64,000 nt of DNA from an uncultured Bacteroidales bacterium (GTDB lineage Bacteria > Bacteroidota > Bacteroidia > Bacteroidales > WCHB1-69). Each line of letters opens with the position of its first letter. Positions within the stretch are counted from its first letter, which is position 1. The stretch spans positions 5,102 through 69,101 of the forward strand of contig CALGTS010000056.1 of assembly GCA_937901925.1 (NCBI GenBank), read 5' to 3'. Made by a program: the position numbers and the translations under genes. The notes under the pieces were generated by a model. It worked only from the letters and a program-made list of their open reading frames with translations. It did no database searches and was not told the origin of the DNA. This document shows positions 46,319-55,887 of this stretch, piece after piece.

Positions 46319-47236
46319 TTATATTATCCTTTGCATGATAAAATCGATTTTTTGCTCTTCACTCCAAGCTACATCTAACCAATTGATTTCAAATCCCTCT
46401 CGCTCCATTTTTCGGAACCATGTCATCTGTCGTTTTGAAAATTGATGAATAGCAATATTCAGTTTTTCAAACATAAAATCATACGAAATTTCATTTTGAA
46501 TATATAATGTAATGAATTTATACTCAAGCCCGTATCTAATAAGTTGTTGAGGGTCAACGCCAGAATCGATTAGAGATTTAACCTCTTCAATCATGCCATT
46601 TTCTAATCGTTCTTTTAATCGTAATGTGATTCGGTTTCTAATCAAGTCTCGATCTCCTTTTATACCGAAAAGGAGAGATGGATGTGCCGTAGAAATTTCT
46701 TGTAATTCAGGGTGTTCTGCATAATACTTTTCTAAAATAATGGCGTGAACCAATCGATTGTGCTCGCAGGTGTCGGTGTGATTGTGGAGTGGTCGATATG
46801 AGGCAAGCATCTGGATAAGTTTCTCTTCAGGAGTATTGTCAAGTTCCGCTTTAAGTTGCGGATTTTCAGGTACAGGAAATAGTTTATACCCTTTGACAAT
46901 CGCTTCGATATACATTCCGCTGCCACCGCACATAATGATAGGTTTTCCCTTTTTTCGAATTTCATCTATAGCAGCGTGTGCAGCTTGCTGAAACTTAAAT
47001 AGGTTGTACTCTTTTCCAGGGTCTTCAATATCAATGAGATGGTATGGAATCTGTGTACCATTGTACGTGTAATCTTCAAGGTCTTTGCCTGTTCCAATAT
47101 CCATACGACGATATACTTGCCGCGAATCAGCACTTAATATTTCACCACCTAACTCGTATGCTAATCGCGTGGCAATACGAGTTTTTCCTGTAGCAGTAGG
47201 ACCTAGTATTGTAATCAGTTTTTGTTTCCTATTCAT
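46319..47236 (-). CDS. miaA: tRNA dimethylallyltransferase
   Basis: Start trimmed to MNRKQKLITILGPTATGKT (P-loop). Shows ILSADSRQVYRRMDIGTGK, and the start lies 1 nt after the polA stop. Confidence 0.9.
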   Translation of the reverse strand: MNRKQKLITILGPTATGKTRIATRLAYELGGEILSADSRQVYRRMDIGTGKDLEDYTYNGTQIPYHLIDIEDPGKEYNLFKFQQAAHAAIDEIRKKGKPIIMCGGSGMYIEAIVKGYKLFPVPENPQLKAELDNTPEEKLIQMLASYRPLHNHTDTCEHNRLVHAIILEKYYAEHPELQEISTAHPSLLFGIKGDRDLIRNRITLRLKERLENGMIEEVKSLIDSGVDPQQLIRYGLEYKFITLYIQNEISYDFMFEKLNIAIHQFSKRQMTWFRKMEREGFEINWLDVAWSEEQKIDFIMQRII

Positions 47237-47237
47237 G

Positions 47238-49925
47238 TTAATGTGCTTCGTACCAACTATTTCCAAAATTCATACTTACTTCAAGATTTACCTCTAAATG
47301 CATAGCATTTTCCATCAAGTTTTTTACAATGTCTTGTACTTCGCTCATTTCATCTTTATAAACTTCAAATACCAATTCATCATGAACTTGTAGAATCATC
47401 TTGCTTTTGAGATTTCGTTTCTTAAATTCACGATGGATATTAATCATTGCAATTTTAATGAGGTCAGCAGCTGTTCCTTGTATCGGAGCATTAATGGCGT
47501 TTCGTTCTGCCGCTTTACGAAGTAAACCATTCGATGAGTCAATGTCTCTAATATAGCGTCGTCTGCCCAAAAGGGTTTCAACATATCCATTGGCGCGGGC
47601 GTCTTCCATCAATTGATTCATAAATTGGCGAATTTTAGGAAAACTTTGGTTATAGTTTTCAATCAAGGCGCGCGCTTCTGCTTGTGAAATGTGTAGCCGG
47701 TCAGCTAACCCGAATGCAGAAATTCCATATAAAATACCGAAATTCACGGTTTTTGCGTGTCGTCGTTGTTCAGAAGTTACTTCTGCAGCAGGCACTTTAT
47801 ATACCAATGCGGCTGTTGCTGTGTGAATATCTTCGTGTCCACGAAATGCGGAAATCATATTTTCGTCTTTAGAGATCGATGCCGCAATGCGTAACTCTAC
47901 TTGTGAATAATCAGCAGCCATAATAAGGGCGTCCGATGTTGAGGCTACAAATGCTTTGCGTACCTCTCGTCCCTGCTCGGTCCGAATCGGAATGTTTTGC
48001 AAGTTGGGATTTGTGGAACTTAGTCGCCCAGTTGAAGTTACAGTTTGCTGAAAGGTTGTGTGAATTCTGCCCGTTTGAGCATTGATAAGTAATGGTAAAG
48101 CATCAATATAGGTGGATTTTAATTTGGATAAGGTGCGCCATTCCAAAATTAATGAAATAATAGGGTGCTTGTTGATAAGTTTGACCAAAATTTCTTCCCC
48201 AGTTTGATATTGTTTGCTTTTTGTAAGTTTTGCATTTTCAATAATTTGCATTTTCCCAAATAGAATTTCCCCTAATTGTTTGGGAGAGCCTACATTAAAT
48301 TTTTCTCCTGCAAGTTCATATATTTGTTCTTCTAGGTTCCGTATGTAGTTTTCGATGCGTTGAGAATTTTTTGTCAACTCCTCTGGATCAACTCTTACGC
48401 CTGTCAGCTCCATTTCTGCTAAAACTTCTGATAACGGCATCTCTAAATCACGGAAAAGAGCATCTATTTTTACTTTCTGCATCTCCTTTTCAAAAATAGG
48501 GTAGAGTTCTCTGAAGATTTCAATCTTTTCGCAGGTAATCTGTGTAGAGTGTTCAATGGTTGCCTCTTTGCTATTAGGTAGAAGTTCATATTGTAAGTAT
48601 CCTTCGGAAAGGTTTTCTAAGTTGTGCGCATTTTCTGGTTGAATAAGATAGTGCGCAATTTGTAAGTCAAAAAATGAGGCTAATGAATTTATTTTTAGTA
48701 TTTTAAGGTATTTATGCGTTTGCTTTACTTGGTAGGTCACCAACGTGCGCTCTTTGCCAAAAATAGCAGGTAAAATTTCACGAAAATATTCATGTTCTTT
48801 TTCTAAAAGATGATAATAGATTGCTGAAGACTCTGTTGCGAAAGCAAAACCACCAATTTTCTGGTTCAAGATAATCCATTCAAAGAAAAGCGTTTGAGTG
48901 TTTGCTATAGGAGAAAGTTCTGCTAAAGAGTTGATTTTTACTAAGTTGTGTTTGATATCCTGAAAACGACGAAATGCTGTTGTAGTTTCGGGTTGGGGAA
49001 GATTGACTTGCGGTGTAAAAAGGTCTGGTGCGCTACTTGCTTGTGGCGCTATGTCGTTAAATATACGTTGAGATAATGCTTTGAACTCAAGTTCACTAAA
49101 AATCAACTTTAATTTTTCAATGTTGAATTTTCCTATTTTCATATCATCGAAATTGACTTCGATAGGAACATCTAACATTATAGTAGCTAGATTCTTAGAT
49201 AACATTGCAATATCTTGATTGTCAATCAAAGTTTGACGTAATTTGGCATTATCAACTTCGTCAATATGTGCATATATGTTTTCTATGGAATGAAATTGAC
49301 CAATTAATTTTTTGGCTTTTACTTCGCCAATAGTTGGTACGCCAGGAATATTGTCGGAAGCATCACCCCAAAGCCCAAGTATGTCAATCAGTTCTTCTGG
49401 TTGCGCAATATTATACTTTTCGCAAATTTCTTTTACGCCTACAACCTCTGCTTTTTGACCAAATTTTCCAGGTTTATACATAAAAATATTCTCCGAAACC
49501 AATTGGCCATAATCTTTGTCAGAAGTCATCATATAAACCTCAAATCCTTCAATTTCAGCACGTTTAGATAGAGTTCCAATGATGTCGTCTGCTTCATATC
49601 CTTCCATACTAATAATCGGAATATTAAATCCTTCCAATATTCTTTTGATGTAGGGTATGGAGGTGATAATTTCGTCGGGAGTGGCTTCTCGATTGGCTTT
49701 GTAATCCTGAAATTCTGCGTGACGTAAGGTAGGTCCTCCCGTATCAAATGATACCGCAAGGTGAGTGGGCTTCTCATTTTTGATAATTTCGTACAAAGTG
49801 TTGGTAAATCCAAGTATAGCAGATGTATTAATCCCCTTTGATGTGAATCTTGGAGAACGTTGCATTGCATAATAGGCTCTGTAAATGAGAGCCATCGCAT
49901 CTAAAAGAAAGAGTTTTTTTTCCAT
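47238..49925 (-). CDS. polA: DNA polymerase I
   Basis: Start trimmed to MEKKLFLLDAMALIYRAYY (5'-nuclease domain). Polymerase motifs are DYSQVELRI (A), RRHAKTVNFGILYG (B) and QVHDELVFE (C). Confidence 0.95.
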   Translation of the reverse strand: MEKKLFLLDAMALIYRAYYAMQRSPRFTSKGINTSAILGFTNTLYEIIKNEKPTHLAVSFDTGGPTLRHAEFQDYKANREATPDEIITSIPYIKRILEGFNIPIISMEGYEADDIIGTLSKRAEIEGFEVYMMTSDKDYGQLVSENIFMYKPGKFGQKAEVVGVKEICEKYNIAQPEELIDILGLWGDASDNIPGVPTIGEVKAKKLIGQFHSIENIYAHIDEVDNAKLRQTLIDNQDIAMLSKNLATIMLDVPIEVNFDDMKIGKFNIEKLKLIFSELEFKALSQRIFNDIAPQASSAPDLFTPQVNLPQPETTTAFRRFQDIKHNLVKINSLAELSPIANTQTLFFEWIILNQKIGGFAFATESSAIYYHLLEKEHEYFREILPAIFGKERTLVTYQVKQTHKYLKILKINSLASFFDLQIAHYLIQPENAHNLENLSEGYLQYELLPNSKEATIEHSTQITCEKIEIFRELYPIFEKEMQKVKIDALFRDLEMPLSEVLAEMELTGVRVDPEELTKNSQRIENYIRNLEEQIYELAGEKFNVGSPKQLGEILFGKMQIIENAKLTKSKQYQTGEEILVKLINKHPIISLILEWRTLSKLKSTYIDALPLLINAQTGRIHTTFQQTVTSTGRLSSTNPNLQNIPIRTEQGREVRKAFVASTSDALIMAADYSQVELRIAASISKDENMISAFRGHEDIHTATAALVYKVPAAEVTSEQRRHAKTVNFGILYGISAFGLADRLHISQAEARALIENYNQSFPKIRQFMNQLMEDARANGYVETLLGRRRYIRDIDSSNGLLRKAAERNAINAPIQGTAADLIKIAMINIHREFKKRNLKSKMILQVHDELVFEVYKDEMSEVQDIVKNLMENAMHLEVNLEVSMNFGNSWYEAH

Positions 49926-49935
49926 AATTGTCAAT

Positions 49936-51150
49936 TTAATCAAAGCGAATAGCATTGATTGGGGTGATTTTTTGAGAAATATATAGTGCAGGAATAGATA
50001 GTGTGCCTAAACAAAGGAGTAATATTCCAAGGTTTATCAATAAAATGTTGCCAATAGGAAAAGCAATTGGAACGTAGGAGAGATAGTACGTGGCAGCATC
50101 TAGTTTTATAAAGTGAAAGTGGTATTGTAATAAGCATAAAGATAAAGCGATAGCATTTCCGTAAAGAACTCCTTTCCCAATTAGTTTTAGGGCAATCATT
50201 AGAAAAAGGTGGAAGATTTGTTTTGTTCCCATTCCTAAAGTTTTCAAAATTCCAATGGTTTTAGTTTCTTCTAATACGATGATAAAAAAGGTGGAAGTTA
50301 TAGTGATTAAACAAACCACAATGATAATCACCATTAGTACAATTACATTGGTATCGAAAAGCGCAATCCATTGGAAGATGTTGGGATATAATTGTTTAAT
50401 AGTTTCTGCCTTTAAGTTATATCCAATATTTTGATGGACCCTTATTCCCATCTCATCAATATTCTGATAATCAGAGATTCTAATTTCCATACCTCCCACT
50501 TGCGATGGTTCCCAACCATTAATCTCTTGTAGCATTTTAAGGTCCACAAGAGCTACGTGATTGTCGTAATCTGGTAGCCCCGTTTCGTAAATGGCACAAA
50601 CGGTTAATTTTCTTTGCCGTGGTGGGTCTTGCACAAAATACGTGATAAGGTTATCTCCCAATTTGAGATTAAGTTTGTTGGCTAAACGTGTAGAGATAAT
50701 AATCTGCCTGCTGGTAGAATCTTCCGAAAAGGTGAGGGGTTCTCCTTCTATAAGGTAGTTGCTGAAGTTGTTCCAAGCAAAATGGTTATCGATTCCTTTC
50801 AGAATGGTTCCCTCTACGGTTTGGTTCGATTTGACAATAGCTACTTTTGTAGTGAAGTAGTTAATATTCTCTATATTAAAGTCTTCTAATAGTGAACAGC
50901 GTAGATTTTCATCTTTGTTGATAGGAATAGGGTCGAGAGAGGTGTTCCGGTCGTAGTTGGAGATTCTAATATGAGAATCTACGCCAATAACTTTATTACG
51001 AATTGCTTGCTTGTATCCAGATGTTATGGCAACAGCAATTATCATTATAACAATTCCCAACATTACACCTAAAATTGTTAGACGTACAATAGGTTGGGAA
51101 AAGTTCCCTTTTTTCTTATTAAGCAGTAGTAAAGTTTTAAAATGTCCCAA
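49936..51150 (-). CDS. FtsX/LolE-like ABC transporter permease
   Basis: 404 aa with an N-terminal TM helix, a large periplasmic loop, then three TM helices carrying the FtsX-type pattern (TIGILKTLGM). Confidence 0.75.
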   Translation of the reverse strand: MGHFKTLLLLNKKKGNFSQPIVRLTILGVMLGIVIMIIAVAITSGYKQAIRNKVIGVDSHIRISNYDRNTSLDPIPINKDENLRCSLLEDFNIENINYFTTKVAIVKSNQTVEGTILKGIDNHFAWNNFSNYLIEGEPLTFSEDSTSRQIIISTRLANKLNLKLGDNLITYFVQDPPRQRKLTVCAIYETGLPDYDNHVALVDLKMLQEINGWEPSQVGGMEIRISDYQNIDEMGIRVHQNIGYNLKAETIKQLYPNIFQWIALFDTNVIVLMVIIIVVCLITITSTFFIIVLEETKTIGILKTLGMGTKQIFHLFLMIALKLIGKGVLYGNAIALSLCLLQYHFHFIKLDAATYYLSYVPIAFPIGNILLINLGILLLCLGTLSIPALYISQKITPINAIRFD

Positions 51151-51162
51151 ATTGATAGAGAA

Positions 51163-52188
51163 CTATTTCTTTAAGAAGGAACTAAATTTATCAAAGTTCT
51201 TCAGTGCAATACTTGTACCACGAGCAACAGCTTTCAATGGGTCTTCAGTAACGTGAACCTGAAGTTGTGTCTTTTTTGAGATACGTTTATCCAAACCTCT
51301 TAGCAGAGAACCGCCACCTGCCATATAGATACCGGTTTTGTAGATATCTGAAGAGAGTTCGGGAGGTGTGTTTTCTAATGTGTTGATTACTGCAGCCTCA
51401 ATCTTTGCAATAGAACGATCAAGAGCTTGTGCAATTTCAGTATATGAAACTTTTACGGCACGTGGAATTCCATCGAGAAGATTTCTGCCATAAACTTCGT
51501 AATCTTCAGGTGGATTTTCAAGACTATCCACAGCAGCACCTACATTGATTTTTACCTGCTCTGCCGTAGCTTCACCAATAGCCAAATTATGATGCTTTCT
51601 CATATATTCTATAATATCATCATTGAATTCGTCACCAGCAACTTTAATAGATTTACTAGTGACAATACCACCTAATGCTAATACAGCGATTTCGCTAGTT
51701 CCACCACCGATATCAATAATCATATTTCCACTGGCATCCAAAACGTCAATACCAATTCCAATAGCGGCAGCCATTGGCTCATGAATCATTCTAACCTCTT
51801 TTGCGCCGGCTTGTTCTGCAGAGTCTCTAACAGCACGCTCCTCAACATTGGTAATTCCAGATGGAATACATATTACCATTCTCATGGCTGGAGGAAAAAG
51901 ATAATTTTTTGTGCCTGTCATCTTAATAAATTCTCGCAACATCAACTCAGTCGCTTGATAGTCTGCAATAACTCCATCTTTCAACGGACGAACAGTGAGA
52001 ATATTCTCGTGTGTTCTTCCGTGCATCATTAAAGCCTTTTTACCAACAGCCATCACAGCTCCCGAATTCCTTTCTAAAGCTATAATGGATGGCTCGTCAA
52101 CCACAATTTTATCATTATGCAAAATAACAGTGTTTGCTGTCCCTAAGTCAATTGCAACTTCTTTCGAAAAGATTGAAAATAAACCCAT
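51163..52188 (-). CDS. mreB: rod-shape-determining actin homologue MreB
   Basis: 341 aa with AIDLGTANT, EPMAAAIG, DIGGGTSE and GGGSLLRGLD. Confidence 0.95.
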   Translation of the reverse strand: MGLFSIFSKEVAIDLGTANTVILHNDKIVVDEPSIIALERNSGAVMAVGKKALMMHGRTHENILTVRPLKDGVIADYQATELMLREFIKMTGTKNYLFPPAMRMVICIPSGITNVEERAVRDSAEQAGAKEVRMIHEPMAAAIGIGIDVLDASGNMIIDIGGGTSEIAVLALGGIVTSKSIKVAGDEFNDDIIEYMRKHHNLAIGEATAEQVKINVGAAVDSLENPPEDYEVYGRNLLDGIPRAVKVSYTEIAQALDRSIAKIEAAVINTLENTPPELSSDIYKTGIYMAGGGSLLRGLDKRISKKTQLQVHVTEDPLKAVARGTSIALKNFDKFSSFLKK

Positions 52189-52213
52189 CTTTAACCTCCT
52201 TTTTTTAAGCCTG

Positions 52214-52221
52214 CAAATATA
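52214..52221 (-). promoter_or_regulatory. putative -7 box for mreB
   Basis: Minus strand reads TATATTTG, 26 nt upstream of the mreB ATG. Confidence 0.4.
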
Positions 52222-52538
52222 TAATTTTTTTCGTTTTAATTTGATTCTAAAATCAAAAAAATATGAGAAAATGAATTTTATTTGTGATTTTGTAAAATGT
52301 AGATTTAAGTTTCTTGATATTAATGTTTTGTCCCTTCTGTTAGTCAGTGAAATATTTTCTCTGTTAAAATCTTGATAGGTGGAGATAAAACTGCAATCTT
52401 GTGTCCTAGGGAAGTTTCATAAGCGAAAGTAAACCTTTGTCATTCGTTTTTGTTGTCAATATATAATAAACTTTGTAAAATTAACGTTTTTTAATTTGCA
52501 AACCAATGTTTTTAAGTGTTTATGTAAAGAAAGAATTG

Positions 52539-52546
52539 TATTTTTG
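52539..52546 (+). promoter_or_regulatory. putative -7 box for the 52618-55810 operon
   Basis: TATTTTTG lies 72 nt upstream of the ATG at 52618. Confidence 0.4.
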
Positions 52547-52617
52547 CACCCTTAAAAATGAAAGGCTTTAGTGTAAAAGAAATTTAGATTAAAATAATAA
52601 CAACAAACAAAAAAATT

Positions 52618-54474
52618 ATGAGAAACTTGAAAAATTTATTGATTTTTGCTCTCGTTGGGCTGATTTTTGCAGGTTGTGGATTCGGAAAGATGATTCCTCG
52701 TTATCCTGATATTACTATGCAATTAGAAAACCCAGATTTGGAAAACAAAGGCGGAAAAGTGGAATATACAGTGAAAGGAACCGTTCCACCTAAATATTTG
52801 AAAAAGAAGGCAAGTATGTTAATTGAGGTGCCTGTTGTAGCTCAAGATAATATGCAAAATCCTGTTTCTTTTAATACCATTAAATTAGTAGGTGAAAAAT
52901 CTAAAGAACAAGGAACAAGAATCTCTTGGAAAAATGGAGGAAAATTCTCAACTTCTGGTTCATTTGATTTTAACCCCAATTACGAAGATCAAAATATTTA
53001 TGCAAAGTCAACCGCTACTTTAGGTAAGAAAACTCACGAATTTCCTGCAGTTTTGTTAGGTGTTGGTATTGCAAATACAAGTTCTCGCGTGGGTATTAAC
53101 CCAACTTTGAGCGATGCTGCTGACAAAAATAAAATTGGTGAAAGCAACGGAACTTTACTACTTTTTGCTCCTCATGATTATAAAGATGAGTCTATTTCTC
53201 AAGTAGCAGATATCTATTTCGAAGTAAATACTTCTACTTTGAATTGGGGATTGAAATTGAATAGAGATAAAGCAGCAAAACAAGTAATTACTGATTTTAA
53301 TAACTTCTTGATGCAAGTACTCGAAGAGGGACGTGGAGTGAAAAAAGTGGCTATTTCTGGTTGGGCTTCTCCAGAAGGTGAAGAGTCTTTGAACCAAGGT
53401 CTTTCTGAAAAGAGATATGAACAAGGTAAAAAATGGTTTGAGCAACAACTAACTACTACAGTTAAAAATTATGCAAGAAAACACAAAATGAAAGTGAAAG
53501 ATGTTGTAGTTCCTGAAATCGTTTTCGATAATCAAGCTAAAGGAGAAGATTGGCAAGGTTTTGAAACAGCAGTTGAAAACTCAACAATCGCTGAAAAGAA
53601 TAAAATTTTAAACGTTGTTCGTTCTCAACCTAATGATAATTTGAGAGAACAAAGAATTAGAGAGATGACCGATATCTATCAAGAAATTGCTGATATTATT
53701 CTTCCTCCATTGAGAAGAGTTGAAATAGACCTTGTATGTAACAAACATTTATATACAGATGCTCAATTAAAAGAGTTGGTAAAAGGTGATTCTGTAAAGC
53801 TTTCTCTTAATGAAAGATTATATGCTGCTTCTCTATATTCAGATTTAACTGACAAAGAAGTTATATACACTGCAATTGTAAATGATGCAGAGTTGCAAAA
53901 TGATTGGAGAGCTTATAACAATTTGGCAATCTTAGCACTTAACAAATATATCGCTGCTGGTGATGCTGCACAATTATCTGTTGCTGCTAACAATCTCGAA
54001 AAAGCACAAGCTATTTCTCCTAATAATGGTATTATTTTCAATAATTTGGCAATCCTCAATTTCTTGAATAACAATATCACAGAAGCACGTGCTAATTTTG
54101 AAAAATCTATAACCGCTTCTTCATATCCTGTAAATCAAGATTATAATATGGGAATGTTCAAAATTTTAGATGGAGATTATGTTGGTGCTGATGCTTTGAT
54201 GAAAAATAGAAGTTGCGAGTATTCAGTAGCTCTTCTTCAATTACTAAATAAAGATTATGCTGCTGCAAAAAATACTTTAGCTTGTACACCAAAGGATGCA
54301 AAAGCTTACTATTTGATGGCAATTCTTGCTGCAAGAACACAGAACGAAGCTGAAGTTTATACGTATCTCGAAAAAGCAGTTTCTTTAGATGCTTCTTATA
54401 AAGCTGCAGCTAAAAAAGATGCTGAATTCAAAAAATATAAAAAATCTGAACAATTTAAAAATATCGTGAAATAA
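52618..54474 (+). CDS. lipoprotein with OmpA-like segment and C-terminal TPR-like repeats
   Basis: Lipobox LIFAGC. ISGWASPEGEESLNQGLSEKRYEQG resembles the OmpA_C peptidoglycan-binding core (SPEG..N..LS..R). The C-terminal ~200 aa show A/Y/L TPR-like periodicity. Confidence 0.55.
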   Translation: MRNLKNLLIFALVGLIFAGCGFGKMIPRYPDITMQLENPDLENKGGKVEYTVKGTVPPKYLKKKASMLIEVPVVAQDNMQNPVSFNTIKLVGEKSKEQGTRISWKNGGKFSTSGSFDFNPNYEDQNIYAKSTATLGKKTHEFPAVLLGVGIANTSSRVGINPTLSDAADKNKIGESNGTLLLFAPHDYKDESISQVADIYFEVNTSTLNWGLKLNRDKAAKQVITDFNNFLMQVLEEGRGVKKVAISGWASPEGEESLNQGLSEKRYEQGKKWFEQQLTTTVKNYARKHKMKVKDVVVPEIVFDNQAKGEDWQGFETAVENSTIAEKNKILNVVRSQPNDNLREQRIREMTDIYQEIADIILPPLRRVEIDLVCNKHLYTDAQLKELVKGDSVKLSLNERLYAASLYSDLTDKEVIYTAIVNDAELQNDWRAYNNLAILALNKYIAAGDAAQLSVAANNLEKAQAISPNNGIIFNNLAILNFLNNNITEARANFEKSITASSYPVNQDYNMGMFKILDGDYVGADALMKNRSCEYSVALLQLLNKDYAAAKNTLACTPKDAKAYYLMAILAARTQNEAEVYTYLEKAVSLDASYKAAAKKDAEFKKYKKSEQFKNIVK

Positions 54475-55259
54475 TGAGCGCTGATCTTTTAAAGAAGCTC
54501 AGCCGCCATCAAGAGTGGGATGAAGCTCCCGTTTTCTGCTTCACCACCGATATTGATTGGGCATCAGAAGCTGTCATTTCTCAATTCTTGAAATCCTTAC
54601 CGATACAAGAGCTGAAAATGACAGCTTTTGTTACTCATTTTTCCCCTATTATCGAAGAATTATATGCCACAAAAGTTTGGGATAGAGGTATTCACCCTTT
54701 TTTCTTAAAAGGATCTTCACATGGAGATAATTTTAAAGAGATAATCGAAAATTGTATAGCATTTGCCCCAGAAGCTGAGTCCGTACGTTCGCATCGCCTT
54801 TATAATGTTTCTGATACTGCCCATCTACTATTTAACGAATTTGGTTTTCGATATTGTTCTAATACTATTATGACATTGTCAAGCCATATTCGACCCTATC
54901 TGCACGAATCTAAAATGATTGATATCCCTATATTTTGGGAAGAGGGAACGGCTCTCTATAATCAGTTGGGACTTTCTATAGAACCTTATTTAGGTTATTT
55001 TACTTCTCCAGGATTGAAAGTGATTAGTTTTCATCCCATAAATGTTGTTTTTAATACACCAGAAATTGCATGGATGCGTAAAATAAAAGATTCTATGAGC
55101 AGAGAGGAGTATAACCAAATCTCTTCTGAATCTATTCTAAAAAATAGAAATAATGCTATAGGAATCTACCATACAATTATGGAAATTGTAAATCTTGTAA
55201 AACAGAAAAATTATAAAATATTGTCTCTAAAGGAGATTTATAACAATATAGTAAATTAA
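54474..55259 (+). CDS. hypothetical protein, possibly deacetylase-fold (WbmS-like)
   Basis: The ATG overlaps the upstream TAA (TAATG). There is no signal peptide. FTTDIDWASE resembles a NodB/glycoside-hydrolase-deacetylase-type N-terminal Asp motif. The assignment is from memory only. Confidence 0.35.
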   Translation: MSADLLKKLSRHQEWDEAPVFCFTTDIDWASEAVISQFLKSLPIQELKMTAFVTHFSPIIEELYATKVWDRGIHPFFLKGSSHGDNFKEIIENCIAFAPEAESVRSHRLYNVSDTAHLLFNEFGFRYCSNTIMTLSSHIRPYLHESKMIDIPIFWEEGTALYNQLGLSIEPYLGYFTSPGLKVISFHPINVVFNTPEIAWMRKIKDSMSREEYNQISSESILKNRNNAIGIYHTIMEIVNLVKQKNYKILSLKEIYNNIVN

Positions 55260-55261
55260 TT

Positions 55262-55810
55262 ATGAGAGTTTTAGAGAGTGATAGAATAGTGCTAAAACCA
55301 ATTGAAGAAGAGGATTTGCCACTCCTATTAGAATTGCGTTGGGACGAAACACTGACTGATTATCTGATTCATAACCCTATTTCAATGGTACATCAAAAAA
55401 AATGGTTCGAAAAGGTGTATAAAAATGGAGATTTGGCGCTTTCTATATTCTATAAAGAGAATGAGCAATTGAGACATATTGGACTGATAGGTCTTTATGA
55501 TTTCAATCAAAGACATCGTCGTGCAACTTGGAAATCGTTACGGATTATTCCTGAATATCAAGGAAAAGGTATTGCTATGGAAGCATCGTTGATGTTATTG
55601 GACTATGGTTTTAATACCTTAAATCTACATAAGATAACATCAGATTCTTTTGAAGAAAATAGTTCAATTCTCAAACTTTTGGAAAAATTGGGCTTTAAGA
55701 GAGAAGGAGTACTTATAGAACACTATTTTCATCAGGGAAAATATAAGAATGCAGTGATTCATAGTGTTCTGAGAGAGGAATTTAATGAGAAATTTAAATG
55801 CAATAAGTAA
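55262..55810 (+). CDS. GNAT-family N-acetyltransferase (RimJ/RimL-like)
   Basis: 182 aa with an acetyl-CoA motif A-like RIIPEYQGKGIAMEA. It starts 3 nt after the upstream stop. Confidence 0.75.
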   Translation: MRVLESDRIVLKPIEEEDLPLLLELRWDETLTDYLIHNPISMVHQKKWFEKVYKNGDLALSIFYKENEQLRHIGLIGLYDFNQRHRRATWKSLRIIPEYQGKGIAMEASLMLLDYGFNTLNLHKITSDSFEENSSILKLLEKLGFKREGVLIEHYFHQGKYKNAVIHSVLREEFNEKFKCNK

Positions 55811-55887
55811 AAAAGATATTCGTTATTTAACCTTTGGAAGAATTTGTTGTCATACAATTATGAATTCAAAATAAAAGGAGGTTCATT

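Noticed and set aside
52189-52617. The 430-nt mreB/lipoprotein divergent spacer was inspected for an ncRNA or small gene (for example the 34-codon ORF at 52272-52376).
   Set aside because: I saw no terminator, no conserved RNA motif that I recognise, and an AT-rich sequence with only the two divergent -7 boxes. The small ORF has no supporting features.
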